DNA from: Balamuthia mandrillaris | Taxonomy: Eukaryota | Reading direction: 5' to 3' | Length of the DNA stretch: 64,000 nucleotides | Assembly (NCBI GenBank): GCA_031835245.2 | Contig: JAVKOQ020000006.1 | Coordinates: forward strand, 1 to 64,000 | In this document: in pieces, positions 36,601 through 51,299 of the stretch | How the letters are laid out: each line of letters starts with the position of its first letter | How positions within the stretch are numbered: position 1 is the stretch's first letter | Translations under genes and position numbers: made by a program | Notes under the pieces: model-generated | Told to the model about the DNA's origin: nothing | The model's database searches: none | Seen by the model: only the letters and a program-made list of their open reading frames with translations

Positions 36601-38217
36601 ACCTTCCGTCCCTGCCTCGATGCACTTCAATGTCTCCACAAGCATACAAGAAGCGGCGAGCGGAACAATCAGTTACAGGGGTGACCCAATGCCCCTTGAT
36701 ATTTATCTCTTCGGCGGCTTCTTTCATGATGTCGTTCACTTGTGGAACGTCGGCATGAACGGTTCGTTTTCCATCAGCAGAGCCATAAACGATGGTATTT
36801 TGACTCAATGGCAAAACGGTGGAAGCTATCAAACGAAAGCCACGATAGTTTATCAATGCCATTAAAGGAAAAGCTGGTAAGAATAGTGAGAGAGGAGTGT
36901 CTGGTAAGAAAAGCAAAGCAACAAAAACCACAAGAAGCAAAAAGAAAAACATACAGAGCCCTTGGATCTTATCTTTTTCCAAAAGACTAATGTAGAGGGA
37001 AAGGCCTTTTAGCTCATGCCCTGCAGCTTTCATTGCCCATTCATCACCTGCATAAATGCCATGCTCATCCACCGCTGAATGTTTGTGTTCGTTTTTACAA
37101 AAAGAAGAATAAGAACAAGAACAAGGGCAAGGACAACAACACACAAAAAATAAGAACCAAATTTGAAGAAAATGCCATCCGCAAAGTACTTCAAGCCACC
37201 AGCAACTCCTCCGCTATCAATAGGAGGAATTCTCAACTTTCGACCCTTCTCGTGATTCAAGCGTTCGTTGGTGGCAATAAATCTTTCGTCTATGATGATT
37301 TTGCCTAAGGCAGTGGCTTTGTCAGTGAACTCTTTGGCCAAAGTTCCGATACGTAAACGTAGAGCTACTCGTTGGCTTTGTTTTTCTTCCCCCAAATTGC
37401 AGTTGAATAGCTTAGTCTGTTCAACTGCAGCTGTGTCTCCAGGTTTTATTTCATTCTGTTTTTATCTTTGTTATGATAAGAAAGAAAAGAGAAAGAAAGA
37501 AACAACAAGAAAGAAACGACAAGAAAGAAAGAAACGACAAGAAAGAAACGACAAGAAAGAAAGAAAGAAAAGCAAAAAGAGAACCTTAAGGTCTTCTTCT
37601 TGATGCCGCTGCTCCATCAATTGTTGAAACTCTTCATTCCAGTTGCGAACATTTGCTTTTACATCGTTCTCTTCTTCTTTTCTCTCGTCTTCGTCTTTGT
37701 CCTCGTCCTCGTCATTTTCTTGTTCTGCTTTCTGTCTTTCGTCTTCTTTCTTTGCTTTTCCGTTGCTCGGAGTAACCTCGTCATAATTTACTTGAACATG
37801 AGCAGCGCGTTCAACGCTGTCGACTTGTTCATAAATAACAGAAGTAGAGGTTAGACCTTCCTCTTCTTCTACGTTTTCTTTTGATGGTAGTTTAACATCT
37901 TCATATGCAATACTTGCGCCTACTTCTTCTCCTTCTTTTTTCTTTTCTTCATCTTCGTTGTCGCTTCCTTCCTGTTCCAACTCATCAACGGCATTGTAGC
38001 AAGCCAACAACGAACCCGAATAAGAACCGGCTTGCGATATAATAAATTTAAAGATCAGAAACAACGACGAGTATGAACAAGAACGAAAAAAGGACAAACC
38101 AAAAGTTTCGGTGGTATTCTCTACGTAATAAGCTTTTGTGGTAACGCCGTAACACCATATTTCTTCTCTTTCATCCAAAGAAAAAGCGTTCGGTTCCTCA
38201 TCTTCTTTGGTCTTCAT
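33700..38217 (-). CDS. Clu-domain-containing protein with C-terminal TPR-like helices (multi-exon; 3' end approximate)
   Basis: RNWNEEFQ, GKIIIDE, GGVAGGLKY..GIFFKF, MKAAGHELKGL, PLMALINYRGFRLIA, YGSADG, DIEVHRGRDGRFYLLD, LFRPEFV and LHREG motifs; LNNWGIAL is TPR-like. Confidence 0.85.
36312..36425. repeat. (AAGAAC)n intronic microsatellite
   Basis: Read directly from the sequence. Confidence 0.9.
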
Positions 38218-38537
38218 GGCGAGGTTTGCGCCAATAGGGCTATTCCAGCACGAAAGACAAGAAGCCAAGCTTGTCTTTGTGTTTATTGTCGACATTACCA
38301 AGCCGTCGGTCACGTCGTCGTGGGAAATTAGGTGAATTCTGTTGACGGATCTTGGCTCTGTAAAAGGGAAATGATTCCATTTTGATGAAGGTCACAATTC
38401 CCTTAATCAAATTCTCCGGGCAACGCAACCCCTCAATCATCGTTGAGTAAAAGTTCGTACTCACCACCTCAAAATCCCGTATAGTGCCCAGCATAAAACA
38501 ACGTAACCGATAAGGAACAAGGCCTTCAAAAAAAAAA

Positions 38538-41419
38538 ATGGGAGGGGAGAAAGGCGGAAACAACAGAGATTTACTCTTACCTGCCGCTGCTGCTGCTACC
38601 GGTAGTGCCTCTGTGAGGCAACAACCTAAAAACACAATGGCGAGCAAACCATTTTCTCAGACCGCAAGCACAACCACCGTTTTAAGGTGTGCCTCCCGTT
38701 CTTCTTCTTCTTGTTCTTCTTCTTCTTCTTCTTCTTCTTCTTCTTCTTCTTCTTCTTCTTCTTCTTCTTCTTCTTCTTCTTCTTCTTCTTCGTTTTCCGG
38801 TGTTTCCTCCGTTCTTCCCTCGGCTTCCTCCTCTTCTCCTTCGTTCGTGTGGCATTATCTCGCTGGAGCCGGTGCCAATAGCAACAACAATGATCAACGA
38901 CAGCAACGGGTCAAACCACAAACACAACCACCGCGTTTCTGTCATGATGAGGAGGATTCGTACCCGTCTTCCTCATCAAAAAAGAATTTATCGCTCGCTC
39001 CTTCACTCACCGGTTTGCTGCTCTTCCCTTTCTCGTCATTTCCTTTCCTTACTTCCTTTGCGGTCCATTTTTTTTTTCTCTTTCCTTCCTTCCTTACCTT
39101 CCTTACCTTCCTTCTTTTGATCCTTTCCTTTCCTTGCCTCTCCTTCCTTCTCTCTTTCCTTCCTTACCTTCTCTTCCATCATTGTTTCCACTCTTTCTAT
39201 CGCTGTTTCCTTACCGTATTTCTTCAATAGTATCCGCGAAAGTAGACTCTAAGCCTGCAGCCTTCACGACAGCAATGTCAACAACAACAACAACAACCTC
39301 TTCTTCTTTCTCTACTTCTCAACAAGCTGCCTTTGCAACAATGCTGCTTGAACCTCATCTACTCAAAAATAACTCCACGACCACAGCAACCGTCAACCAA
39401 CGACATCTTCCTCTTACTTCGGTTTCTTCGTTCTCATTATCAGCTTCTGGTCCTCTTCGGCAACAAAAACGATATCACCGCTACGAAACAGGACATCAAA
39501 GCAAACTTTTGCGACGACGTAAAGTAGCTTCTCAAAAGTTGCCTTTGGCTTCTTCGTCTTTGTCATCATTTTCCACAGCGGTTACTTCGTCTCATTCATC
39601 GTCACACCATCAAAGAAGGAAGATAACAAAGAGAAACGTGCAAGCAGAGCAAGTCAGCGGATTAGAAAGCAACAACAAGCGAAGAAAGATAATACAAAAT
39701 ATGAAAATAGACAGAGTCAAAAGGAAAAAAGAAGAAGAGGAAGAGGATGAAGAACAAGATGGGGTGTATATTTTCACGCGTTTCATTAAAGAAGCACATC
39801 AAACACCAACAAAGAACTATCTACAAACAACAACGAAAGTGAAAGAGGAGGTGACTACAAAAGCGGAGAACGAAAATGAAGTCTTGATGGAGTGTTATAA
39901 CGCGTATCTTTCTGGCCTTCACTCCTTCCTTCCGCTCGTCGACGACAACCTCAACAACAGCATAAAAGCCGAAAGAGAAACTTTGCTTCACATCTGGAAT
40001 ACGTTTCGTTCATCATTTGAAGTGAAGATAAAGAACACACCAACTGTTACGGCTTTTTCTTCCTCATCCTCATCTTCCTCTCCTCAACAAATGCAAGAAT
40101 TGATGGTGTTGGTTGCTTTGGCTATTGGAGGGGCGACTATCGCGACCGGCAGACAAGTCGCGAGGCAGCTCTGCGCCGTTGTCAAAGCGCATTTCTCAAA
40201 GTCTTGTTCCCATCTACCTCTTTCACAGGTTCTTTCCTTCTCGTTTTATTTCTTTCTCGGTCTCTTTGTTTCATTAACACAAACAATAAAAGGGTCAATG
40301 CAAGATAGGAATGGGGTTGGCTTACTTTGCTTTGGAAGATGGTGACATGATGAGTGCTTCTCATTATGCTGAGTTGGTAGTCAGATCTTTCTTCGAAATT
40401 TGCGATAGACAACACCAACCTCAAGCACACAACAGCGCCGATTATTCGCTATTACTGAAGGCCTTGTATACTATTCTTTGTTGTAGGGAACAGCATGAAT
40501 CGTCCTCCTCCTCTTCTGCTTTGTGCTTGTCGTTGCAGCAGTTGCATGACTGGTATGACATCGCCAAAGAGGCCATCGAACGAAGGTACCACTCCCATTC
40601 CTTTTGTTTCCAGCACTTCTTCTATTACCACTTTGAAATCTCTTCGTTCTTTTTCAATGTTCTCACTCCAAAAACAACAAATACAAAACACGTACCAAAT
40701 ACATACACACCCAAACAAAAAGAAATAGGTCCCTTATTAATACACAACCTCAACCCATGGAAGATGCTTTGAGCAAAGCAATGGACAAATGTTTCATGCT
40801 TATGTTCGAATCCAAATACACTCTCTTATGCCTTTCTCAAATAGGTTGCGGGGAGAATTCCCAATGCAGCAACGCAGCGACCAAGCTGAAGTTGGCTTTG
40901 ATGCAGCTTCACACGCAATATGAGATCTTTGCGTCACAACTGCCAATTTCATCTTCTTTTGTGCAAAATGACACCAGCATTCACCAAAAACAACAACCTG
41001 AGTTGCTCATCGCCCAACATTTGCTCTCTACCTTTCCCATTTCTTATTCGTCATCTTCATCTTCGTTCGCTTCCATTTCCTCAGTAGGGCAAATGCTAAC
41101 ATTAGTCCCGCTCGCACTGAGTGCTCAGTGTTGTCATGTTCTTGGAATGCAGAAAAAAGCTTTCGAGATAGCGCTCAACTTTCTGAATGCAGCTCTCAAC
41201 TTCGTATCTTCTTCTCTTTGCTGGGGGGATTATTGGACGCGAGAAACTTGTTTGCGGCCTATTCTGGAGATTTTTGAGGGCTCTTCTGCTCGTTTGGGGC
41301 AGTTGGAGCAACATCAAGTGGGGCTCTTGCAAGAATTTGGTCTTCTTGCAAGACAACAGCAGCTACCACTTCAGCCGTCACCGGAAGGTTCCACCATTTT
41401 TGCCAATAATGATGTGTAG
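38538..41419 (+). CDS. Multi-exon hypothetical protein, possibly with a fungal-TF-like helical middle region
   Basis: Successive long ORFs joined by pyrimidine-rich introns. CYNAYLSGLHSFLPLVD...LVALAIGG weakly resembles the Zn-cluster TF middle domain; no Zn2Cys6 motif was seen. Confidence 0.5.
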
Positions 41420-41544
41420 TTTAGTTTAATTTCTCATCCTTATTGCAAGGGAAAGGCAGAGGGCAGAGAGCAGAGAGCAGAGAGCAGGAGAGCAGATAGC
41501 AGAGATAATGGCAGGATAATAACAGTAAAAGAGTAGATGGGCAT

Positions 41545-41891
41545 TTATAGCAGAGACGAGTCATCCAAAGAGATGGTTGTGAAAGGCTCATCTGTTGATT
41601 CATGTAGCAAACCAGGACTGCTCTCTGTAGGCCGAGCTACTTCATTGCTTTGATGAGAAGGGGGTACAGATAGGGATGCGTCGTCCGTTTGAGGAGAAGG
41701 GGATAAAGAGGGAGGAGACGGCAAAGCGTCAAAAGAAGAGTTAGCAGCTTGTAGAGGCTCTATTGGCTCTTCTTCCACCGTTTTTGTTGCTTCTTCTCCG
41801 AATGGAATGCGATGGAGATAACCATACCCAACACCACATCCCAAACTATCACGAACGTGAAGTTAGTCAGTTTGCGTGTTGCTGCGATAGT

Positions 41892-41935
<44 letters not shown>

Positions 41936-42785
41936 GACCATCCAGAGCCACCCCAACCACGACGAGGAGTGATGGTGACCAACCGAACATTATCCAACCG
42001 AACATTATATACAAAGAGTTGAAGAGGTTTGTCGACGTGTGCCTCCACTAATTGGAAAAAGTCCTCTTCGTTGGAGAACGGAATGTCAGGTGTTCCAACC
42101 ACCCACTCCACGTTGCTTTCCAGACCTGCTTCTTCTGCTGGCGAATGTGGACTTACTTCCTGAAGGAAAAAGAAGACGAGAGTATTACTTGCTGCTGAAG
42201 AAAAATAACACAAGCGAGAAAGAGAGGTGACAGGAGAGAGGGAGAGAGAGGGAGAGGGAGAGAGAGAGAGCCAAAGAGAGAGAAGAAAACCAGAATGTGG
42301 TAAACATTTTCGATTGCAGAGGAGATGGAGCAGAATTGAAGGGTAGTGCCTAGGTTTTTTTTCAATAGTAAGCGCCTGAATGAAGAAAAAGACCAAAACC
42401 GTAACAAAGCCAAGATAGAAAAAAAATGTACCAAGAAGACCTCTGCCACCCCATGTATTGCTTGGTTTTAGTATGACAACTGTTTGAATTTTGTTTAAAG
42501 GTATTGGAAGTGATAAGTGAAAATAAGTGAATGAAAGCTGAATGGAACAGCTGGAAGGAATAAAGAATGAAGAGTGAGAACGAAAAGTTACCGCGAGTAG
42601 AAGACGTTTTGCTATTGTAGACGGTGCATTCTACTTCCTGTCCAAGTTTGCTTTTCATTAGAGCAACAAAACTTCTGTCTTCTTTATCCTAGAATATAGC
42701 GAGTATCGTGAATTATATTTCTTAAGAAGAGAAGAGAACGACGAAGAGAAGAGAACGATGAAGAGAACGACGAAGAGAACGACGA

Positions 42786-42822
<37 letters not shown>

Positions 42823-43112
42823 TGAAGATACCAAAACAACTTCATCCGCCTTCACTAAAAAATCAAAGAAAGGGCATAGACCAGCCTCTTCACCAGGGGA
42901 ACCTGCCACTACCTACACACATCAAAAAACAAAACACATCGATCATTACACCAGTGATCTTTTGAAGCTGGAAGTGAAAGATCGCAAGAAATCCAGAAAT
43001 TTTGAGAGCAGAAAGCAAAAGGCCCTAAATAAAAGCAAAATGGATGTCAGTGCATTACCTTGAGGACGTGATAGCCATACTCTGGCCGTTGTAACGAACC
43101 ACCGTTCCCCAT
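41545..43112 (-). CDS. GORASP: GRASP55/65 Golgi reassembly stacking protein
   Basis: Starts MGNGGS; GYHVLKV, SPGEEAGLCPFFDF, VYNSKT, PSNTWGGRGLLG, SPAEEAGL, FVYN and WGGSG.LGCGVGYGYLHRIP motifs. Confidence 0.93.
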
Positions 43113-43606
43113 CCTCCTCACCGGCCCGTGCTGTTTTTCCTTTCCTTTTCTTTTTGAGGTGTTAAGTGTTTTATCATGTCGTCATGAACATTCGAGGCCT
43201 CTCCTCTTTCGTTTCCTCTCTCCTCTCCTCTCTCATAACCTCTTCCAAATTAATTGCAAACATTGGGGGTTGTTCGGGGAGGAGAGCTTCATCCCACACA
43301 AGGACAACAAACACAGTAGAACAGACCTTGTTTTTTTTTTTTTTTTTTTTTTTTTTTAGGTGGTGGGTTGCTGTGCCGTGAGAATGAAGAGGGAAGGCTC
43401 ACCTGTGACCAGCCCTGGACATATGCGGCGTCGTACGTCTTTTTTTTTTGAAAAAAAAATGTGTTTGGTTTTGCTTTCTTTTTTTTATTATTATTATAAA
43501 TGTTCTTTGGCCAGTGCCTCCTTTTTGATTGAGCCGTAACAAAACACAAAAAAAAATAGACTCCACTTCACCGCTGCTTGCCAAAAAGTCAACCAAGGGA
43601 AGAACG

Positions 43607-45414
43607 CATGCAGCAGGAGTCGCACAGGAACACAGCAAGGGCGGGAATGGAGACACGCTTGAGAGGGTGGTCTTGGCCTGTGGCTTATGCTTCGTCGTCA
43701 GCTTTGCCTTCAGTTCTACCATAGAGCGGTTTACTGTTTGGGGCTTTTGGTACGTTCCTCTTTCCTTTGTCGCCCGTCCTCTACCTTATTCGCTCTTGGC
43801 TCTTCCTTGTTCTTACTCCTCTGCTTTCATGTGAACAGGCTGTTGGTGGAGGTACGCTTTTGTCAAGGGTTTACTCGTTTTGTGGTGAGTGGTCGCTCAG
43901 TTCTTTGTTCTCACACTATACAGCTGTTGGGGTTCTTCGCAATCGTCGTTCTCTTCCTTCGTAACAAGTTTGATGTAAGTCGTTTTTATGCTTCTGTCTC
44001 CATCTTCTCCTACTGTTCTTTCTTGTCTTCTTATGTTTCTGCTCCAATGTTCTTCTTTCCTCTCCTCCTCCTCCCCTCCTCCCTCCTCCCTCCTCCCTCC
44101 TCCTCCTCCTCCTCCTCCTCCTCCCTCCTCCTCCTCCTCCTCCTCCTCCTCCTCCTCCTCCTCCTCCTGATGCGTAACTTTGAAACAAAGAGGGTACACG
44201 AGGATGCCCAACAACACGCATGGGCTGTGATTATGCCGGTTCACCGGCGGCTCCTCTCTAAACTTTCTTCTCGCCACAACGAAAGCAGTACTGCTAACAA
44301 CAACGGCTTGGTATTCTTATCTCCTATTTGTTCTGTTCCCGTTTCCTTTTCTCATTTTAAACACAAAAAAAAATCTGTAAAGGTGGAAACGATGTTCCAG
44401 CTAAGTTTAGAGTTCTTGCTACTTCCTCTCTTCGGAGCGCTGTTGTGGGTGGTCTTCCTCGGCCCAAGTTTCATCGTGGTCTACGCCCTCTACTTCATCC
44501 TCAACCTTCTCAAAGCTTTCGCTTTGGCTCCTGCCATCCTCTTCCTTTTCTACATTCTCTTTCCGAACGAGCTTCAACCACTGCTTCTTTTGAGTGCTCT
44601 TCGATTAGTGGACTTTATTGGGCTGGTTTTCTTTCTCTTCATTCTGTATTCTTTGGTCGAGTCTCACCTGAAGCCTTATTTCTATGCTTCTTTCCAACTT
44701 TCCTCGTCATCCCCGCCTTCATCTGTCTCTCCTTTTTCCGCTTTAGATGAAGAAGAATTGAAGACAGTGAAGAAAAGGAACAGCATTGCTGCTATTCGTT
44801 CTTCTTCTCCTTCTTCGTTTCAAGCAACGACTATGCCTTCGTCTTCCGTTTCTGCCCCTTCTTCTCCTTCTTCTTTTTCGTCATCTCCTTCGTTGTTGCC
44901 TTCTTCGCTGGATGAGATAAGTGCAGGCTTTGAAGCTTTTGCTTTGGCTCATGAACGAATGCTACAACATTCAAATAGCGCTCCGAGACTTCACCGACGT
45001 TCCAAGTCCATCTCTCCCTTCAAAAGCTCTTCCTCTACTTCCGTCAGAGAATCACGAACACACCAGCATCACCGCACTCGCTCTCACTCTTCTCAACAAT
45101 CAACTGTGACGACAGGGACGAAGGACAAGCGCTTGGCTTATGCTTCTTCCTCTTCGTTGCACATTTCTTCGTCTTTGTCTCATATTTCTACCTCTACTTG
45201 TTCTTCTTCTTCTTCTTCTTCTTCTTCTTCTTCTGCTTCTCCGAATGTTCGTAGAAGCTCCCATTTGAGAAAGAGCTCTATCCCAAGTCAGCCTTCGTCT
45301 CCGTCATACCAACAACGCAGACGATCTTCCTCTTCCTCTGCTGGGCCGTCTTTGTCTTCTTCCTCTTCCTCTTCTTTACGGCGAACACACGACGACGCTG
45401 TGGAGGAGCAATAA
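43607..45414 (+). CDS. Hypothetical multi-pass membrane protein with Ser-rich C-terminus (start uncertain)
   Basis: Several hydrophobic segments in 43680-44670, then a long open Ser-rich frame to the stop at 45414. Confidence 0.5.
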
Positions 45415-46409
45415 CCAATGTTCCGCTGTTTTCTTTTTTGTAGGTGTATTTTTTTTTATTGTACTTTAGAAGAGTTAGCGAGTAGGGGTTTGTTATTGCT
45501 TCTTGCTATCACCCAGACCATCCTCTCCATTCCTTCGGTAATAATAAACGAACCTATTTTCACGCCACTCCCACTTCCTGCACTTCCCTCCCTTTTTTTC
45601 CTCAGAACGGGTTGTATCCGCAAGGCAAAAGAGGCTTAAGAAGAACGAAACTCCCTTCAACGACTGCTTGCAAGAAGGCTGCTGAGTCCTCCAACGACTT
45701 GGCGCGCAACAAGGCAAGCGTTTCTCCCCTTACGAGATACAGCGGGCGCAGCGACAACCCTTCTGCACTTTTTTTCCTCCGCGGGCTGCAATCAATCGAT
45801 CGATCGGCTACTTTTTGTCGACGTTCGAACAACCCAATTTGATTTGTAATTGGTTCATAATTCAAAGGGGCTGTTGGGATGATCTGCACCAAACCGAAAT
45901 GTCGACAACATATTATTCCTGTGTCAAGCCGTCCGCGGCCGTTCAGTTTTTTTTTTGTCTGTTGAGCAACGGAAAGAAAGAAAAAGAGGAGAAGAGAGGG
46001 CGAGGATGAACGAAGGAGATCATCGTTTCGATTTGTAAAAAAAAAAGAAAAACGAAACATAAGTGCAGCCTCACGTAAAGTTATTCTCGAACGAGAGAAT
46101 TTTCATTCGCTCACCATCTCAAAAATCAATCTCCACAACCAAGAGAGGGAAAAAAACAAAAAGACCAAGAGGAACAAACGATCGAACTCATCATACGTTC
46201 AATTGTTTCATTCTCTTTTTTTCATCCCATTCTTCAACTTCCGTCCCCTCCGCACCACTTCTTTTTCCTCTTACTGCCCTCCTTTTATTTTTACTTCCCT
46301 GATTTATTTTTTTAACGTGTTATTTATTCACTCCATTTGATTTTTAAATATTTAAATATTTTTTATTTATTTTTCGGATTTTATTTTTTTCAAAAAACAA
46401 AAGAAACAC

Positions 46410-47291
46410 ATGTGCACTCGAGTTATCATGCAAGCCGCAACTTCCGCTTCTTCCCCGTTCTCCCCTCCTCCCCGTTCTCCTTCTCCTCCTCAACAACAAC
46501 AGCGCAACTATGAAGACGGCAGACACGACAAAACGCTCCCGTTTGATCCTTTCGTCGAAGCTGCCCTCAGCAACGACCACGTCAACCAGAACGAGGGCGA
46601 GGCTGAAAATAGAAGAACAAGAAGCACAGAAGAAGAGGCAACCCACTACAAGGAAGAAGCGGCCACCAACGAAAAAGAACAACCAGACGAGGAGGCGCCG
46701 CCGCAACAACCGCAACAACAACAACAACGGCGGTGGTCAGTTACAAAAAAAGAAGAAGAAGAAACAGAAAAGGAGGAAGAGAAACAGAAAGAAGAAGCGA
46801 CTGGCGTGGGTGAAGGTGACAGGGATGGAATGGAGCGAGAGGAAGCCTGTAGCCAGAACGACAACAGTCCGGATAGGCCAGCTTCGCTTGCCCAACCCTT
46901 TGAGGATGATGCTGGTTCCGTTATGGAGGTTTTATTCCATTTCCTTCCTCCTTTGCGTCCTTATCCCTTTTACCCTCTTCTTCCCTCTTCATCTCCTGCT
47001 TCCTTTAAACACTAAGCAACCTTTTTTTTTTTTTGAAAACAGAACTGCTTTCTAGCTAGTCCAGCGGCCATGTTTGATAGAACAGCAGAACCTATATCTT
47101 CTTCTCCTCACACTCACAGCAGCATTAACAACGATAACAACGATACCATTGTTGGTGGAGGAATTCATGGCAAAAAGGATGCTTCCTATAACAAAGGTGA
47201 AGCATTTGCTGTAGATGGTGGAAACGATGTACGCTTTCTCGATGTTTTTAGTTTGTGTTTTTTTTCTTCTTACAAGCATTTTATTCGTCCT

Positions 47292-47335
<44 letters not shown>

Positions 47336-49977
47336 GAACTGTCACCAACACAAAAGCACAGCTGGATGGAACAAAATGCAGCTGGTACCCAAACACCTGC
47401 CAACTCCGCTACTTCATCTTCCGCCTCATCAGGTGTTGTTCCTTGGAATTCTCTGCTACACTCACAACTTGGTATCACTTACTCTATTCCCCCTTCTTCG
47501 TCTCTGCTCTTCTAACCGCAATACTTTAACAGCATTTCAAAGTGGCTCTTCTGGTTCCTCAACTCAGGAACATCAGCAACAGGATCGGTTTTTCCAACTT
47601 AGTAAAGAGCGAGAACGAACACAAAGGAACCAGCCATCTAACGCTTCCGCTACTTTATCGCTGTCTGACTTTCAGCCGTCCTCAGTGCCATTTAGGCCAA
47701 CTTCTCCTGTCTACAGAAACACTCAAAAGCAAACATCTTCATCCTTATCATCATCCTATCGTCATCCTACGCAAATACATAACTCCCACTCCTCAGCTGC
47801 TTCTTCCCCTTCTTCACAACCCCTTCCTCAATTTCATTGGGGACAATCTCCTCAAACTATGTTACCACCAACAGCCACTGCTCCTTCTACGCCTTCTTCT
47901 TCTTCTTCTTCTTCTTCTTCTTCTTCTTCTTGTTCTTCTTCTTCTTCTTCTGCTTCTTCCCTTTTTACTCCTCCCTCTGCGCCGGTTGCTACGTCTTCTT
48001 CTTCTTCATCTTCTTCTTCTTCTTCTTCTTCTTGTTCTTCTTCTTCTGCTGCTGCTGCTGCTGCTTCTTCTTCTGCTTCTTCTTCCTCGTCACCCTTTGC
48101 CTCTCGTTCGGTGCAATATAACAACATATTTAAAGCCCCGCCTGCCTCCTTTCAGACGATGTATTCACAGCACTTGTCCAACATCCGCAAGCATCCTTTG
48201 GAGTCTGACCCCACCAGCTTTGAGGCACCGAACAATAACAATACGCCTTCGTCCTACACACGCCATCCTTTTTCCCCCTCTTCCACTTCCCCTATAACCA
48301 CAACCACAGCAGTGACCCAACCAGCTGCTTCTAGTAACGCTACTTCGCCTTCTTCTTCATTTTCCTCCTCGTCAACTAGCGCAGTTCCACACGAACAACA
48401 ACGCACCACAAACAAAGACGTAGAAAGGCAATCCCCCATTCATCCCTATCCTCCTCGTTCCGTGTCTCCGCTTCACTCTCATGTCGGTACAAATATGAAT
48501 TCCAACACAAGCAATCCGTTTTCAGCTTCTATGATGATGACAGCAGCAACAACAATGACAACAATGAACAGCAATACGGACCAATTCACTGGGTCTCCCT
48601 TCTCTTCGCAGTACTCAACTTCTCCCGCACCATCCCATTCTGCGACTGCAGATCAGCATTATCGTTTGCTTCATCATCACCCGCACCATCCTCATCCTCA
48701 CTCTCATGCTCATCATCACCAACATCCTCATCCGCATCCTCATTCCCATTCTCATCACCATCCCCATTCTCATCCTCATCATCACCCTCATCAACAACCT
48801 CCTTATCATCATTGTGCATCGCCTGCTACCATCCCTTCATTTCCAAACACTCCAACCACAGCATCAATTTCATCTCCCATCCCCTCTCTTCCTCCACAGT
48901 CTCCGTCCATTGCAACCCCTGCTACAGTTGCTGCAGCACAAACTGGGAGTGGAAGTTCAGTAACTATGGATAGCAGAAGAAGAAGTAGTGTTGGTGTTGC
49001 TGAAAAGACAGCTTCGCCACCTTCCTCTTCCTCTTCTTCTTCGTCTCAATATCCTCATCCTGTTTATCACCATTCTCAGCAGCGAATACGGAACCTTCCC
49101 TCTCCTTCTTATTCGCTTTCGCCATCACCGTCTCCTTTACCCGCAACAATTACACCTTCTTCCGTAACTGCCGCAACAGCGGCCACCACTTCCCCTACAA
49201 GTGATAACAATAGTTCTACGCAAGAGAACTGGTACCAATATCCTGTATACATGCCCTCCCAGCAGTTTCATTCGACTACTGCTCGAGCCACAACTCCCGC
49301 TCCTGCTTCTGTTTCACCCTCAGCCCCTTCGTCCTCTTCTTCTTCTTCTTCTTCTTCTTCTTCTGCTTCTTCTTCTCGTGCCTCGCAACTGCACCACCCT
49401 TCGTCTTCATTCCCTTCTACTTCTACTTCTTCCCCTTCTTCCACTTCCTCCTATGTCCAGCCATCACCACCAATACTACCTTCACCACCACAACAACCTT
49501 CAGCAGCAACAGTTGGTCAACAAAGTGGTAATAGCCAAAAACAACAAAAGCCACAACACCAAAACCAGAATCAACGTCATCCTTCCCAAGAAATGCTATC
49601 TCGTGTTCCCACCAACAATAATAACATACATACAGGAGGATATACACCGCAACAAATCCTCCCTCCTTCTTCTTATCAGCAACAACACCCTCTGTCGGGA
49701 ATGGATGTTGCTCCACCAACAGTATCATCGGCTTCTTCCTCCTCATCTTCATCGTCGACCGCTTCGCGTGTTGGTTCTCATCCTCTTCCCAATCGTCCTC
49801 TTCATCCTCCTCATTATCATCTTTATCAACCGCGTTACCACGTAAAACAGTTTCGTTACGACAATTCTTTGATACAAATGTTGCAACAACTATTGGCAGC
49901 GCCGCCTTATCTACCTCGAATGCATTTGCCCTATTTCACCACAAAAGAAGCTTCTGATTTGCTTCACTCTCTTCTCT

Positions 49978-50010
<33 letters not shown>

Positions 50011-51299
50011 CTTCTTCTTCTTCTTCTTCTTCTTCTTCTTCTTCTTCTTCGTCCCCGTCTTCTTCTTCACCGAGTAACAATCTGGAAAAGAAGATGTTTT
50101 ACAAGGATGGAATGTGCGTCATTGGAAGAGCCAATAGGGGAGACTTTCATTTCGACTTTACTGCTATGGTACAAAGCGCAAATCAAGCTTTGAACAACAC
50201 ACAATTACATCCTGTAGGTCATCTTTCTTCCTCTTCATTCTCGCGACAACACCCACAACAACAACAACCACCACCACCCAAAAAAGAAGAACAGTCCCAA
50301 CAACACCAACCAGCATCGTCACAACAAAGAAAGAAAAGAAAAGCACCAGAACCAAAGAATAACGAAGCAGCATCAAAGAAGGCTCAAGTCAAAACCACAA
50401 AGAAACGAATCACGAAGAAACAACTTCAACAAGAGCAAGAACAACAAGTCCAACACGAACAATTTATTCCAACAGCGAAGAACGAAACGGCTGACTCTTC
50501 GAGGAAGAAAAAGCAAACGACTGCGACAACAACAAAGAAGAAGGTGAAACAGGAACAAGAGCTACAACAAGAACAACAACAGGATGAAACGTTGAGTTCG
50601 GCCACTAGGCGCAGCTCCCGGTTGAAATGCAAAACAAGGAACAACTATCGTTTGTTGACCCATGGAAAAGCAACCACCGTTTCTACTGCTACTTCCACTC
50701 CGCCACAATCAACTTCTTCTTATTGTGAACAAAAACAATCACAACAACAGTTTCTTTGTTCCTCGTCTGCTTCGTACCCTCACTCTGCTTTTCTTCCGTC
50801 ATCATCTTCAACAACTGTTGCTGCTGCCTCAACCACAACAGCTTCGTTTCTTCCCGAAAACACGATGCTTCCTCCTTCTTCTTTTCACCAGCCCAATCCG
50901 CTGCTTCCTCCTTCTGTTGCATCTTCCTCTGTTCCTTCCTCTACTTCGTTGTTATCTCTTGGAGGAATGATGATGGAACCCGTTGGAGGAGAAAGAGAAG
51001 ATAGTCTTCATCCTATTGCTACTTGTTCATTGGATTCTCTTCCCTCAACAACATCAACCACGTTAACAAACGGAGACGAAATTTTGAGCGAGATGAAAAC
51101 CTTTTTCGGGTTGAACGATGCCTCTTCATCTTCTTCAATGACAACCACCTCAAAACAACAGACTTCGTCGTTTCTGGTGGATGAGGCTGAGTTTGAAGGG
51201 TTGATGTCGGAAGACGCCTTTGCAGGAAGTTCAGGAACGGACAGCGCGTTTGATGACTCGTATCTTTCGTTCCTATCGAACGATGACTTTCCATCCTAA
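46410..51299 (+). CDS. Large low-complexity (S/P/Q/H-rich) protein with three short 5' introns and a ~3.8-kb last exon
   Basis: Long open frame; a small folded-looking region YHVKQFRYDN...GRANRGDFHFDF; NLS-like RKKRK; acidic C-terminus. Confidence 0.65.

Noticed and set aside
43338..43450. GC-richer ~100-nt stretch between two T-tracts, considered as a Pol III RNA
   Set aside because: No recognisable A/B boxes or known RNA fold; poly-T tracts are common in these intergenic regions.
45602..46060. 152-aa minus-strand ORF
   Set aside because: No recognisable motif or splice support; probably regulatory DNA upstream of the 46410 gene.
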